Shown here in pieces: positions 25,461 to 38,043 of a DNA stretch of 64,000 bases. Position 1 is the first letter of the stretch. Every line of letters begins with the position of its first letter. The position numbers and the translations under genes were made by a program. Source of the DNA: Dimorphilus gyrociliatus (lineage: Eukaryota > Animalia > Annelida); NCBI GenBank assembly GCA_904063045.1, contig CAJFCJ010000001.1:3100001-3164000 (forward strand), read 5' to 3'. A model generated the notes under the pieces. That model ran no database searches. It had not been told where the DNA came from and saw only the letters and a program-made list of their open reading frames with translations.

Positions 25461-26509
25461 TTTATTTTTCTTGTACTCTTTTAATGCGTTGTATCTTTTG
25501 TCAAAAGAAAAAGAAGATAAAAATTATCGATTTTTATTGACAAGGCGACATTTTAGAATGGACCTCTTTCAATACCCTCTAAACAACTTATCAGTGAAAT
25601 TAAAATTTGTTTTTTATATTTCAAATGATTGATTAGAGTTAAAGTGACATTGTATTACGAAATCTTACCTTCTCTTCACTCTTAAAAGCTAATCGTTTGT
25701 GATTTCCTGTAGATTTTTAAAGTGTCGACATTTCTTTTATTAGGCCTGACTTTGAAACCTTCATACTGATCCGGGAAGTATAAACTTTCAGCATACGCCT
25801 ACATTGAAAACGGATGGCAGTGGTTGTAATTTTCCTGCTGAAAAACGATTATAGTGTAATATTTTAGGGGAATTCCACAAACTTTGCAAGTGAATATCGA
25901 TAATTTAAATTTTCTTCCTGAAATTTTTACTTCCGGTTTTCTGAAGTATTGACTTCTAATAACTGATAATTATTTCACCAACCGTATTTATGGCATACCC
26001 AATGTAAATATATATATGTGTATATTTTTATATATAGATTCTAACATTTAGCTTTTACAAAGTCTAGATGGCACCTTTAGTCTTCTCTATTTGATATCTC
26101 AAATGACGTACACTATGGTCTATGAAAAGATCTGTCAACTAGACAGAGAGGAGCTTAGAGCAACAGAAAGAGAGAGAGTGTGTGTGTATGTGTGTGTGTG
26201 TAAGTGTGCGTGTGATAAGATAAAAACGATTGCTAAACAAGCAACTTTAATAAAATAAAAAATTACATAAGATAATGTACTGAATGTTCATAGTGTATTC
26301 AAATATTAAAGAAAAAAAAGACATTAAGGAGATAAGGGAGTATATGAAGAGGTGAAACAAGTAAAGAGAGGGAGAGAGAGAGAGAAAGAGAGATAAAGAG
26401 AGAGAAAGATTCATAAAAAGAAACAACAAAAAATTGAATTATTCAATAACTAATATATACGAAAAAGAAACATTCATTTTCAACATTTTTCTCATTGTTG
26501 TTTTCTTTT

Positions 26510-28526
26510 CTAAAAATATTCGGGTTGAACAAGATGAAGATAAGGACGGCATATTTTTGAATAGCTTTCAACCACTTCGTTCCACTCTGAATCGTTCTTT
26601 GTATATAAGCAACCGTATAAATACAATTCATTGAATAGACGACCTTCGAAATGATAACTTTTCAATTTTTTAAATAGATTCAAAAGGTTAGTTGCAACTG
26701 TTGGTTCGTTCGATAGCGAATCTTTTAAGTAAATATTTAATTTTGTTCTATCATCTTCGCTATTAGCCATTGCTGGTAGAAGATATTGTAAGAATTTTAA
26801 TATATAATTATCCAATTTTAATCTGATTGCGGTAAAGACGAAAAACTGCAAATTTTTCATATTTAGAATAGCGTAAACAATTTTACGTATTTGAGTATAA
26901 CGTGGATGGAAGCCGTTAAGATAAAAGTGAGTAACATTGGAAAAGTTTCTGCATCTACAACATGAATAAAGTAATGGAGTATTGATTGAAATCTTTCTAA
27001 CTTGTTCCGTTCTTTCCAGAACTTTATCGTTAAAAATAGATAATTCAGTATCGTAAGAAACCGTCTGAGTTGACGAATAAGATATCTCATTACAATTGAT
27101 AAGTTTCAATTGTACCATTAATTCCAAAGATGAAAAACTCGTTTTAACCTCAGTTAAATAAAGTTTTTTCACGTGTCCAACAAATTGCCGAAAGGTAAAA
27201 CAATCCTTAAATGAGCACATTATCTTAAAATTATTAAATCTTAAATAATGAAACGGTAACTCCAATAATCCAAGAAACTTTTTAACCCCAATTTCAGCTG
27301 TACAACCCTCTTTTATCAAAGATAGAGAATTAATCTTACTTTTAAGATTATACTTTTTAAACTTTTTAATAACATAGTTAAACGTCCTTTTACTTCCACT
27401 TAGATAAATTGCTAATTCATTAATAGAGATGTCATAATGTTTCATACATTTAATCATGTGTTTATATTGCCACTTTTCAAAAATCATTAAATTTACAGGT
27501 ATATTTCTTAGCTGAATTGATTTAAAAAATCTGGAGAATAGTATCTTTTGTCCAAGTAAATAATTCTTATTCAACTTTCCAAGATTGATTCCTAACCATT
27601 TTCCAGGCCTATTCTCACGATGGAATATATTAAATAGTATCTCAGATAATTTAAAAAATTGATAATATGCATTATCAAAATGATGTGAGTCTATGTCAAT
27701 TAAGTCGTGACATTCCCAGTTCATATTGAATAATAAATTTTCTACTTTTTTCATTTCTCTCAAATAATTCAGTATTCTCTCAAATCCATTGTTTTTAAAT
27801 AGGTCGTACTGGAAAAGAACGAATCATTTAATCAATATTATTTTATTTAATATTCAATTACTGTATATTTATACATACCATTGACAATGTTAAAATAGAC
27901 GTTTTACATCTTTCTAATACATTTTTAGTAAAAGATTCCATATTGAATAATTTTATAAATTTTAAATAATTGATCTCGTCGTCGCTTAACTTTTCATTTT
28001 CTTGACGTTCGCTAACAAAATAAATTCTACAAAAGTATTTCTCAGCTAAACAACTACTCAAATCTTGTATAATTGTCTTCAGGCTAAAATCAATTATCAT
28101 CTGTTTACGGTCAACTTGTTCAAAATCACCGCAAAAATCTTTTACATAGGTCTCTTCGCAAAAATCTTGTCTATTCTCACTTTTTATTAAATATACTGGA
28201 AAATCTCTTATTACTGTTAGAATATTCTTTATTCTTAAATAATGAAAATTCCAGAAATCTGTTAGATCTATATCTCTCGATTCAATTTCGTTTAGGCAAC
28301 CAATCACTAACCCCAACGGAAGAATTGATATAATTTTATTAATAGTACTAACAGGTAACTTGAAAATGATATTTGAATATCTAAAGACATTTTCGTTTAT
28401 CTTAGAGAAACATATCTCTTCCAGTGTACTAACAGATTTATTGTTAGTAGGATTGTTTATTAAATTGTGCCCTGAAATAAGGATATCTCTCGGCTGATTT
28501 ACGTAGTGAATAGGAAATTCTTTCAT
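26510..28526 (-). CDS. BC-box/cullin-box LRR protein, paralog 2 (two exons, about 648 aa)
   Basis: ORFs 27858-28526 and 26510-27763 join through a 70-nt phase-0 intron (27809-27878, GTATGT..TTCCAG). Aligns by eye to paralog 1 (DLTDFWNFHYLRIKN vs DLTEFWKSHFLRIKN; MIFEKWQY vs MTFEKWQY; LYLYGCLY vs LYIYGCKY). Confidence 0.75.
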
Positions 28527-29101
28527 AATTACAGACTTGACCTTTTTATCATTTAATAATTTTATACAGGGTATTATCCTATTGAAACAATAACATAATT
28601 TATAGAATTAATAAGTTAACAAACCTATCGACTATTTACCTCTTTTATTTTTCGATACTTCAATAGACTAAATCAATATTTCATATATCATTCGATGGTC
28701 TCCTTTGACGTATTGGAAATGTCAAAGTAAACAACTTTTTATACTTGGCCTTTTTTTTAATTTAAGTCCTGTTGTTTGAACTCAATCAAGACTTATTAGT
28801 TGTTTTTCTTAGCTGAATAAAAGATGAGTAGTTTATACTTAACTTTACTGTATACGCGTTAAATTCTGCTACAAGAGGCCTAAAACTATTGACGATTGTT
28901 AAAAATGATGAATTTTTGTCGAATTTCTCAAATAAGCCATACTAATTTATAACAATGGCCATAAAAATTTAATAAATTGAATTTTTATACGAAATTCTTT
29001 TTTTTCAAAAGCAGACAGAAGACAATAGGAATTATTTTAATATTTACAACATATTTTATTGAACATTTATAGACTATAAATTTTTGTTGTATTTTGCATT
29101 T

Positions 29102-30990
29102 CTATACATCTTTTTTATGTTCATTGTATGTTGTATCTAATAATAATGTTGAAATTTCACATATATGTATATCATCTGGCCAGGTTGATGATCTCTTATT
29201 GATTAATAGTTCATCGATACTTCCAATTTTACATATATATGTGCATACTTCATATCGCGTTGACAGTGAAACCATATGGTCAGTCATTTCGCATTCTGTA
29301 AATGCATTAGATCCGCATGTTTCTTGATCGTGTTTATGGACAATCAAGTCATTACAATCTATTTGTGATTGATATCTTTTCAACCATATTCGAACTCTCA
29401 TTGAAGTTCTTATTACTTCTTTCAAAGTTATTCTATCTATTTGATCTAAATTTGATGAACAACTGTTTAAATCTCCGTCAACTAAAACATCATTAGCCGA
29501 ATGTAAATAGTCAGTATATGAAAAACATTCCAGGTTATTAACAGCTATATTGACTAAAGGTAGGGCAGGATCTGTATGATTCTTTTGCGAACACACTTCT
29601 TCAATTGGGAAATTCTTAGTATAATGATTCAAAGTCCCCCGGAATGTATCATTAACTCTTCTGTTACAAGTGCAGTAGACTTGTTCAGAAAAACAAGGTA
29701 TATTTTCTTCAAAAAGTGTAACATTAGTATTCTGGTTAAAGTGTATCGATGCTTTGAAATTATCTGAGAAATGTTCACGACATTGTATACTAACACTCTG
29801 ATAACAGACAAATGCATTAAATTGTATAGTATTCTTGTAGCTGATGTAATAGTATCTGTATTATCGTAAAATGAAAAAAATAAAAATTATTATATTAAAA
29901 CATGTTCAAACCGTGGATTGAAGTATTTGAAACTTCTTGAACAGAAGGTTGTTGTTGTTGGTCGATATCCAATGAAACGATTTCCATACGGCATATAATC
30001 ATATGATCTAACATGTTTGGGGTGGTAAGAGCAATAAACGTATTTATACTTTGGTAAATAAGCGAAAGCGTTGATTTCATATATTCCTATAAACTTTCCC
30101 TCATCTTTATTAAAGATAAATTTTAACCATCCTGTTTCGATGTTAGTAGATATAATAGTATATTCTGATGTTTTATTTACTTTCACTTGTATTAAACTCT
30201 CATCATTTGTTATACGAATAGTATCAATCTCATTTTCCATCGGTTGCTTTATTCTTATTTCATTGATAGTATTAGATTGAAAAAATATAATTTTTATGAA
30301 AATTTCTTTGCTAGAAATAGTTGGTTGCCACATTTCGTCAACATAGAGTACTGTATCTTTAATAGCAGCTATACAACTACCTCCTGACGATGTACAAGTA
30401 GCTCCTAGTTCCGTTCTAGCAACATCTTCGTAATAGGAATCGAACATATCGTAAACGTAGATTCCTTGGTTTACGTGACCATTTGTATTTTTAGACCATT
30501 CGAAGCAGGATGAGAATACATTTATTCTAGTAAACATCTGAAATTCGCCAATTTCTAAATTATGATACGTAGTTGTATTTAATCTTATAGAAATATATCT
30601 TGTTGGTTGAGAATTATTAAGATAAAGTTCATTCCAACCCTGCTTATAAATATAATAAAATTCATAATCATAAATTTTATTAAAGTGATAGACGTTAAAT
30701 TTTAAAACTTCTGTTTCATTTCGAATTTTTAGAATACGAATTCGTTCAAATACTATATCGTGCATGATTCTTGCGTAAAAATGTACTACTATATCTGAAA
30801 TATTATAATGCTGATCACTAGTTTGATAAGTTCGAATTGTTTTATCATAGGTAAAGTGCCAAGGATGTGCAGATGAAATTGCAATTGGATATCTTCTCGA
30901 TGGAGTAGCTTCCAAGGTATTAATATTCAAATAGAATTCAGAATATCCATTACAAATAGAAAATAATGCACAAATCCAAAAGATATTCAT
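29102..30990 (-). CDS. Secreted ~610-aa protein with tandem galactose-binding-fold (F5/8C/fucolectin-like) modules and a Cys-rich C-terminus (copy A)
   Basis: Signal peptide MNIFWICALFSICNG; exons 30990-29912 and 29855-29102 joined by a 56-nt phase-2 intron; module-ending motifs LEIGEFQMF, GIYEINAF, ICEIST. The domain assignment is by resemblance only. Confidence 0.65.
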
Positions 30991-31475
30991 TATATCGGTA
31001 TTTCGTCGGAAAAGTCAGCCAGTGAACTTGCACATTTCAAACTTTGTTCACTTTTATAACACTAATTATCTTTATTGTCGATATGTCAAATGTTAGATAA
31101 TTCATAAACTAAGATAATAAATAATTATTTATTAAATAGATTAATCTTATTCCTTTAAGGGCATTCCAAGTACTATAGTAAACCTGAATCTATATAATTC
31201 TAATTCAATAGAAGTTCAATTTTATTTCTAATTAGCATAATTTATTCAAAGATGTTTTTCAATGTTCGTAATTTATTTTATTAATACAGTACATCCATCT
31301 AGGAGAACGTTATTAAAGTTTAGGGCGCCATCTCTCGAAGTGATCTCTTTAAAATTTTCATGCTGATTCATACGTTCTAGAAGGTAAACTTGTAGAAGCG
31401 CCCTCATAAACATTACAGATTTATACGAACAATATCAATCCTTATTCTTCTAGAGATATTGTCGTGCTTGCTAAA

Positions 31476-32031
31476 ATGACGACACCAGTTCAAATTTACG
31501 TAGAATTTTGGTAAGGTGTTAACTTCAATGTCTATTAATCCAAAATTATTATAAATTATTAAATATCATAATGTAGAATAATTAGAATCCGTAATCTCTG
31601 TTTATTTGCAGTGGTGCATGAGGTTATAGTTCGATCTTTCGAGATCTAAAGCAGAAAATAAAGAGAAAGGTTGAAAATGTTGAAATTGATGGAAGTGTTG
31701 GCCGTAGATGTATGAATTATATTTCTTATAATATATCTATTTTTGTTGTTGTTGCCCTATCCAATACAAGTTGTGTATAATTCTTTTTGAACACAGCTTC
31801 CTTTGAAGTAACTGTAAACAATACTTTAATATTCAGTAAGCTGAAATTAGGAGGTTTCCCTGAACATGAAAAAGTTTGTTTTATTTAATTGTCATAACGA
31901 AATACTATATATTATATATTTATTCAATATTTTCTATAAAGGTTGTCGAAGTTATTTCTAGGGTAAACCAAGGTTATCCACCGGAAGTTATTGAAGATTG
32001 CCAAAAAAGTTCATCATGCCTAATCTTATAA
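31476..32031 (+). CDS. MIEN1: Selenoprotein W2 / MIEN1-like Rdx-family protein (CxxU, C-terminal CAAX); not in the ORF track
   Basis: Exons 31476-31510, 31612-31709, 31797-31873, 31942-32031 with phases 2/1/0 matching. Product: MTTPVQIYVEFCGAUGYSSIFRDLKQKIKRKVENVEIDGSVGRRSSFEVTVNNTLIFSKLKLGGFPEHEKVVEVISRVNQGYPPEVIEDCQKSSSCLIL*. In-frame TGA at 31619-31621; SECIS downstream. Confidence 0.9.
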
Positions 32032-32121
32032 ACATTGAAAAAAGGAGCATCAACAACAACAACAACAATAACAACAACCTCTATAAACTATACAAGCCTA
32101 TTGATAGTAGAATAATATTAA

Positions 32122-32206
32122 ATCTATTGAAAAGCTATATATATGACGTAATATATTTAAACTAAGGAGGATATATTACCGATGGTTTCTTGTTTTGTCA
32201 ATAGAT
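32122..32206 (+). promoter_or_regulatory. SECIS element (selenocysteine insertion sequence) in the 3' UTR
   Basis: ATCTATTGA (32122-30) pairs with TCAATAGAT (32198-206); AUGAC (32143-47) and CGAU (32180-83) form the non-Watson-Crick quartet; GTAATATAT pairs with ATATATTAC; unpaired AAA at 32159-61. Confidence 0.88.
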
Positions 32207-33073
32207 TTATAATTATTCGAAATATAATAAACTACTGTATAATACATAAAGTAAAGGCTTATAAATAAATATATACAGTATATCTGTATTAAACCTATAT
32301 GTATTTCTAGTAGTTAAAACACTTTACTTGTTCTTTTAGAAGTATTTCTTTCATTGAATGATTTATATATAAAAGATATCGATGCTTAGATAAGCTTAAT
32401 ATAAATTTAAACCAATAGCTTTCTTCTTCTTCTCTTCCCCAACCATTTCACTTTTCTTAAGTTTTATGTATTGATATACGTTTCTATCAGAGTCTACTAT
32501 TGGCTTTTAGTATAAATAAAATGTCTAAATAAAGAATTTTTTATACTACTCAATCTATAATAGTTCCATTACCGTCCACTTTGATCGATTCTCTGCAATC
32601 TTCTACTAGTAGAGTGAGAGTATATTTTATTATTTAAAGCATCTTCTCTAATAGTATTAATATTAATGAAAGACGTAAGGAATTTAATATTTTCATATTA
32701 AAGGTTTATTTGACTCCGGAAAGGATAAAATCTATAATTACTAAGGTTTTAATCTATGTGCAAAAGGACTATTTACAAACATTATTATAGACAGATAAAA
32801 ACATTTATTATTAAATCCCATAATGCAACATATAATATAATTACACTATTATCTATAGGTATACAGAATAACATGTTAATATTTCATTGTGTATTTACAA
32901 GTTAATGTAAAAAGAGTTTAGTAGCGTTGATACTTCTCTAATAATTGTTGTCTTTGTTTTATCTTTATCTCACTTAAAGGAAAACGAAAGACTGTTACTG
33001 TTTTATTCGTTAAATATCTCTAAAAACATTATTAAAATGAAAGAATAAAAGAAATGATTTATAAGAAAGCAGA

Positions 33074-34831
33074 TTATCTCACGGAGAGTTTTACGTAAAA
33101 TTTTCCTGGATTAGTAACAAGTTCAGAGTTCCATTTTTCAGGTTCATAAGTTATTTTACTATTTTCTTCGTGATCAATAGCAACGATATTAAATTTTTGT
33201 AATAGATATACTATTATCAAAAACATACGATGATCGGCGAATTTCTTTCCAGGACAAACTCGACGTCCAGCGCCAAATGCAAAAATACTTCAATAATAAA
33301 GAAAGAATAAGATAAGATTGCAAGATAAAACTTGACTTTATATTTTAAATAACTTACTATTTTCTACATCCTTCTTGGTGTTCTAGGAGAGAGCCATCTT
33401 CTTTAAGGAATCTTTCTGGTCGAAAGTTTTGTGGATCTCCCCAAAATTTTTCATTTTTATGAACAGCGGCAACATTTACAAATATGCTAGTATCTCTCGG
33501 AATACGATAGCCCATAAGGTTCGTATCTACAACTGCTTTATGAGGTAAGAGAAGAGGAATATGACTTATCCATCTCAAAACCTCAAGAATTGTTGCTGAT
33601 GTAAAAGGCATTCTTGCCTTATCAGAATAAGTTGGAGATTTTGAAAATCCAATAACTGTCTTAATTTCTTCTAAAACCTTCTCCTTTACACCTGGATATT
33701 TGATAATTAATGCAAAAAACATTTGAAGAACTACTGTAGAAGTTTCGAAACCTTTTAAAAGAGAAAAGTAATAAGATTATGCTTAAATTTGTATTGGAAA
33801 TATTCAAGATTCGAATTAAATTACCTCCAGCTATTGTATCTAAGATAATTACAAATATTTCATCCTTATCAAGAATCTCTCCAGAGTCTCTTACAAGTGC
33901 GTTGTGGAATCCATTTTTATCCGTAGAATCTTTATTAACCTAATTAATAGTCTTTAATTTAGTATATATTCCCTGTAGATTGATATTGAACTATTTTACA
34001 TCGTATTCCTTCAATAGGTCTAACAAAATCTCATCGCGCTTATTGATTGCCTTCTTAAATTCCTTAAATTTTTTCGATTGATAAATCATTTTCATCCATG
34101 GGAGAACATTATAAATTTGTAATTCAGTATCGTATAAATATTTCACTATAATGTCGAAATAATTTCGCAATTCTTTCAATTTCTCATCTTTCAACGGTAC
34201 TCTTTGCCCAATTATCTGAAAGTCAATGAACAGGCTTTTTCATGGAATATACAGTTTACACTCTTACCATTGAAACAATTATATCAAATGTAACATTTGA
34301 AAAAAATTGTCTTAATTCAATTCTTTGACTGTTCAAGAGAATCTCATTTGAATAATCTTCAAGGATATCTAATACACTCCTTTCAACATTTAGTTCTGCT
34401 ATAGTTGTATGTTTAACATATTTCATAAACAGTTTCTTTTTGTATATTAATCTTTCGTTGAAATCTGCTAAAGCAATACCTTTTCCTCCATGAGATATCA
34501 TTGAAAGTAATTCAGTTTTTGGTCGTCCAGAAAATTCATAGCTTTTATTAATAAGAATATCGCGAATTCCATCATAATTACTTACAATCACTATCGATTC
34601 ACCAAGAAGATTTAGTTGATAGATTCCATCGTCGGAAGATTTACACCATTCCGTTAATTGTTGAATATATTTCTTAGATTCAATTGAAAATAAATGGCCA
34701 AATATTGGAATTTCGAAAGCTTTGCATTTAGGTATTTTGGTATTAGGTAAAAGATATAAAATGGCAAATATAAATATTGAGATAATTAGTATAAAACATA
34801 AAAATTCAACTAAGGATGTTAATAAATTCAT
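33074..34831 (-). CDS. Cytochrome P450, clan 2 (CYP17/21-like), copy 1, intact
   Basis: Five exons; I-helix AGGFETS, K-helix EVLR, NFRPERF, heme motif FGAGRRVCPG. Confidence 0.92.
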
Positions 34832-35094
34832 TTAGATTTATTTGCTGTATTGAAATTTCTTAAATCAATAAATGATATTTAAATTTATTTTAAATAATTT
34901 CGTTATCATTTATCTTCGTTATTAAAGTCGTTTTAAGTTCAATTTCAACGTTTATGCTTGTTTTAAATGATATATAATCCACCTGTACCTTATTACATAA
35001 AACAAATGTACATAGTGTAGTCTTTGAGTTATAAGAAGATACATTTAAAAAATGTATACATAAGTACTATCAACGTTGAATAGGTCTATCTTTT

Positions 35095-37052
35095 TTAATA
35101 ATAATATTGGTAAATAAAGGAATAGATTGCATATATAATTTGGTTCATTTTCTCGTAAGATGTATCCGACAAAGTTGTTGATACTTCGCATATCTCTTTT
35201 GTATCTGGCCAACTTTTCATTTGATCCATTATTAAAAGTTTGCTAATCTTCCCGTCTGAACAGTGAAAATCACATCTATTATGTCTGTTCACTAACGATT
35301 CATTGTTGAACTGCAATTTACATTTTATATATTTGTTTAATCCACATTTGTCATCATTCTGCTTGTATACATCCAAGTCGTTGCATAAAGACCTTGATCG
35401 ACGATTTCTAATCCAAACTCTAACTTTCATTAAACTATAAAAGATTTTCGTGATATTAATCATATTATAATTCGTTTCATAGGAACATGACTCCAAATTA
35501 TTATCAACAATTGCATCATTACTGGATAGCAAATAGTCAGGATACGATTCGCAAAGTAAATTATGAACTGACAGAGAAATAGAGTTAATCGACGAGGAAT
35601 TCCTTTATTTTGCGACGCATATTTTATGAAGAGTTAAATTATTTGTAATTTGATTAAAATAGCTTGAAAAAGTATCGTTTTCTCTACCAATACAAGAACA
35701 ATTCGTTTCGTCGTATCAGTATTTTGAATATCTAATGTAATACGATTTCTAAATGTTAGAGAAACATTCAGATTCCTTGAAAGTGTACTGGAGCATCTAA
35801 TATTAAATTTTTGATAGCAAAAAACAGCATTTAGTTTAATAGAGTTTTCTGTTGACAAATAGCCAGGTGAACTTTTTGTTTAAAAGTTGAAAATATGAAA
35901 AAAAGAAACAATGAATAAATTAATTCATTTAATAATAGAGTTAATTAATAGTAAATAAAGAAACTCATACTTTTCTCTATCCAATAACTTTGAGACTGTA
36001 CAGTGTTCTGTAGATTTTGGTTGGTATTCATTTAAACGACTATCTTTATCGGGAGCTAAATTCTCAGATATGATTCTAGCAAGTTTTTGACACTGTATCA
36101 TCTTTACTTTAGGAACGTAGGCGAAACATTTTATTTCATAAATTCCAACGAATCTCTTTTCCAGTTTATTTATTAAAAAGTTCAAATATTTGGTCTGCGT
36201 TTCAGTGGAAATAATTGTCAAATTACCATTCTTGTTCAATTGCATTTCTATGGGAGGACCTTCGTTTAGAATATTGATTGTATCTATTTCGTTTTCTTGA
36301 GGTTGATTTAAACTAATTTCTCTTATAATGTATCTTTTAAAAAATAGAACTTCAATAAATATGCCACGTTCATTTGTTGTTGATGGCTCCCACATATCGT
36401 CTTGTAAGAGTATTGAATCTTTAAAAGCAAATTTACAATTTCCACTTGACGATTTGCACGTTGAACCACTTTCTGTTCTTGCAACATCCACTAATGACGC
36501 TTCTTCAGTCCCATAGATATATACATTGCTCAATAAAGAATCGTTTGAATATTTACTCCATTCGTTGCAGGAGGAGTATACTTTGGGACTGGTGAAAATC
36601 TACCATTCTCCAATTTCCAGATTAGGATATGAAGTATTTTCGATTGTAATGTCAATACTATTTGAAAGAATAGGTTCTTTAATAGGAATATCATTCCAAC
36701 CATAAACATAATCATGAATGATTGAGAGGCTATTTTCGGATTTGATGGTAATATTCAATTTTTCTGGAAGAGATCGAAGTTTTAATATTCGAAGTCTTCT
36801 TATTTTGTTCTTATGATGATATGGAGAATTAAAATTTATATATACATTGTTGATAAGTATATCTTCTTTATTCTTATAAGATTGAATCAATCCATCATGA
36901 ACATTTCTACGTTGATGTCCCCCTACAAACTTTGAACTACTCAATAGTGGTGAAAATTCATCATCCATAAGATTTAAATAGACTTCTTCATATGCATGTA
37001 TGTATAGTGTAAAATTTAATAGATAAAAGATGACTATCGTATCAGGTAGCAT
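35095..37052 (-). pseudogene. Disabled paralog (copy B) of the secreted gene at 29102-30990
   Basis: Collinear with copy A (same phase-2 intron, DVARTESGSTC vs DVARTELGATC) but has an in-frame TAG at 36600-36602, a frameshift near 35715 and an in-frame TAA at 35605-35607. Confidence 0.8.
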
Positions 37053-37719
37053 TTTTTTATCTAAGAGAGTTCCGATCGAAGAGAAACTTGATAAAGTAAT
37101 AAGGTGTTTAGAAATGATATTTTAATATTTTACTCTTTATCATATTAATTATGTATATCTTTCTTTTGGCTATTCTTTTATTCAAGGTTAAAGTTATTTA
37201 TAAACATATGGGAAGAACATTGATACTATAAAAAGAAAAGAATGATATTGTATTTCTATTTTACTTGAAACATAACGATACAAAAATTGAATATAAAAGT
37301 GAAAGAAAAATTCAATTTAGAAGTTGAATATAAAGTAATTTAACTTAATAATTAATAATGGAGCAAGATTAATTATGAAACACTTTTTCGGTCCTTTTTA
37401 AACAATAAATTTAAAAAGTTATATCTATTCTGTAGCAATTGTTTCTAATATTGTAACAAATGCTGTATAGAGTCAATATTATGCATTCATTTGTTTTAAT
37501 TCTATGATTATCATTAATTATTATACATTGAACATCTCTAAGTGCGTTATAAATGATAGAAATGTTTTAAAAAATGATCTAATTTAACGTAATATTTGTT
37601 ATGATCTGAGGGGAATTTTGTATGAAAATTTCCAAGTATAACAACTAGATTAAAGTTTCATTTTCCTTCTTTGATGTTTTTTACTTAGGTTTACTATTAT
37701 CTTTATTATCAATAGCATT

Positions 37720-37920
37720 TAGTATATGTTAACTCCTTTCCCCGGATATACTCGACATCCAGTACCGAAGGTGAAAGAGATACTGGTTACTTTCTGTTCT
37801 CTTTTTTTCTTGCATATAACAACAGAAGACAGCCGTCAACTTCCCTGGTGGAAAATTTTGAGGATCACCCCAAATCTTTCCATATCTATGGACAGCTCCA
37901 TCATAAATACAAATATCTGA
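37720..37920 (-). pseudogene. Relic of P450 exons 4-5
   Basis: Minus strand reads AVHRYGKIWGDPQNF..(E)VDGCLL, then after a shift FTFGTGCRVYPGK; frames are broken and the intervening intron is nearly gone. Confidence 0.75.
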
Positions 37921-38043
37921 ACCTCGTTTTAGTAATAGCTAATACAACTACTATTGTAAACATTATCTACATTATCTTATTCTTTCAGATATAAAACTAA
38001 TATTCTCTTCTTTATCTATCATTTTAGATGATTATTATGACTT

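Noticed and set aside
36600-36602. In-frame TAG in copy B as programmed readthrough or editing site
   Set aside because: The same gene has a frameshift (~35715) and a second stop (35605-35607), so pseudogenisation is the simpler explanation.
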